Positions 63,201 through 64,000 of a stretch of 64,000 nt of DNA are shown piece by piece (position 1 is the stretch's first letter; each line of letters starts with the position of its first letter). This DNA is from Candidatus Bathyarchaeota archaeon (lineage in GTDB: Archaea > Thermoproteota > Bathyarchaeia > Bathyarchaeales > Bathyarchaeaceae): assembly GCA_037386545.1 (NCBI GenBank), contig JARRLY010000011.1, forward strand, positions 998 to 64,997, given 5' to 3'. The notes under the pieces were generated by a model. That model ran no database searches. It saw nothing but the letters and a program-made list of their open reading frames with translations, and was not told the DNA's origin. The position numbers and the translations under genes are program-made.

Positions 63201-64000
63201 GAGAGATCGTTTTGAGGGCTCGTCCTGAGCGGTGTCGAGCAGGAGGTATTCCAGAGGCTTCATTGTTAAAGTAAGTTGTACAGTGATACTGAAGCAGTTC
63301 AGAAAGGTCTTGAATAATTAGGGTAGGAGCACCCGCTTCCATGTTTTCTCGAAGGCGTTGATTAATTCTGATTATGTCTACGAGTTTGTGAGTCAAGTCG
63401 TCTTCGGAACGAATACCAGATTCCAGCGTAATTGAGGGTCTAACATAAACGGGAGGAACAGGAAGAACCTGAAGAACCATCCACTCTGGACGGGCAGTAG
63501 CAGGAGTGAAACCAAACAATTCAAGGTCTTCGTCAGGTATGCGTTCAAGTCTTTCCCGTATCATGCTTTGGGTTAATCGTTGAGCACCTTCTTCTTCTAA
63601 GACTTCATAAAAGGTTGTAGGCTTAGCAAAATCAATTTTTGATTGCTGAGCTCCACAGTAAGCACAATCTTTCTTTTTTGCTTCCTTAATTATTGCCTTG
63701 TAAAAGTCAGGAGGAACTTCTCCGAGTAAATCAATTTTATTTTGTATTTGTGCCCTGATTTCTGCAACACGTGCTTCAGGCAAAACAACACGGCCACAGT
63801 TTCTGCATGTAGTTTGGAGGAGGTTATGAATAATCTTTGTAAATTCAATGTGAATAATTGGGACAGCTAACTCTATGTGACCAAAGTGGCCTGGACAACG
63901 TATTGCAGTGTTTCCACAGGTTTTGCATCGTTGGCGGGGTTCAAGGGTTCCTAATCTGCCATCCATGAGTCCAGAGGTAATTGGGGCTCCGTCTTCGTCG
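60286..64000 (-). CDS. rpoA: DNA-directed RNA polymerase largest subunit, with A' and A'' portions in one continuous ORF; 5'-partial (N-terminus beyond window end)
   Basis: The zinc-binding N-terminus [20 protein letters not shown], the catalytic [10 protein letters not shown] and the bridge-helix region are followed without a stop by the A''-type segment [32 protein letters not shown]. The junction is near 61428. Confidence 0.9.
   Translation of the reverse strand, partial: [1237 protein letters not shown]

Noticed and set aside
1-64000. Search for CRISPR arrays, cas genes, transposases, integrases, toxin-antitoxin pairs or other obvious defence or mobile modules, including next to the tRNA gene at 32143
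   Set aside because: I saw no regularly spaced direct repeats and no recognisable recombinase or nuclease signatures. The tRNA is flanked by ordinary housekeeping genes, and the only large repeats are the two inverted structures reported above.

Overview
A 64-kb archaeal chromosomal segment of about 40% GC. Archaeal hallmarks are Alba, topoisomerase VI A/B, aIF2-beta, Pth2, L40e, L30e, archaeal NusA and the RNAP largest subunit. The lineage cannot be fixed from sequence alone; an anaerobic TACK-like (Bathyarchaeia-like) or Asgard-like organism is plausible. Housekeeping genes include aspS, truD, rpiA, trxB, rio1, one tRNA-Met(CAT) and the rpoA-rpl30e-nusA block. They are interleaved with a dense anaerobic redox set: tungsten-type AOR plus ferredoxin, hdrCB, a polyferredoxin plus HdrA-MvhD fusion, and an NfnAB/SudAB-like pair preceded by a duplicated ferredoxin-MvhD protein. 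This set also holds hypF-C-B-A-D and hypE, a hydrogenase maturation protease, two divergent MobB paralogs, and a blh-like sulfur cluster (MBL-rhodanese, two YeeE/YedE, TauE). No CRISPR array, transposase, integrase or rRNA was seen. Main observations: (1) a perfect 92-bp-arm palindrome at the 3' end of top6A that places the canonical C-terminal codons on the wrong strand. (2) At least ten conserved genes have broken reading frames: several are single extra bases at short homopolymers, three are internal deletions removing catalytic segments (ychF-like, uppS, hypB), and one is a nonsense codon in an FKBP gene. (3) A GC-rich structured leader with SD/anti-SD pairing upstream of a queT-queC operon, a candidate archaeal riboswitch. 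(4) An apparently unsplit RNAP A'/A'' gene. (5) A recurring 16-bp palindromic site and a 12-bp-periodic operator array. (6) An inverted ~208-bp repeat linking two convergent PQQ-propeller genes.
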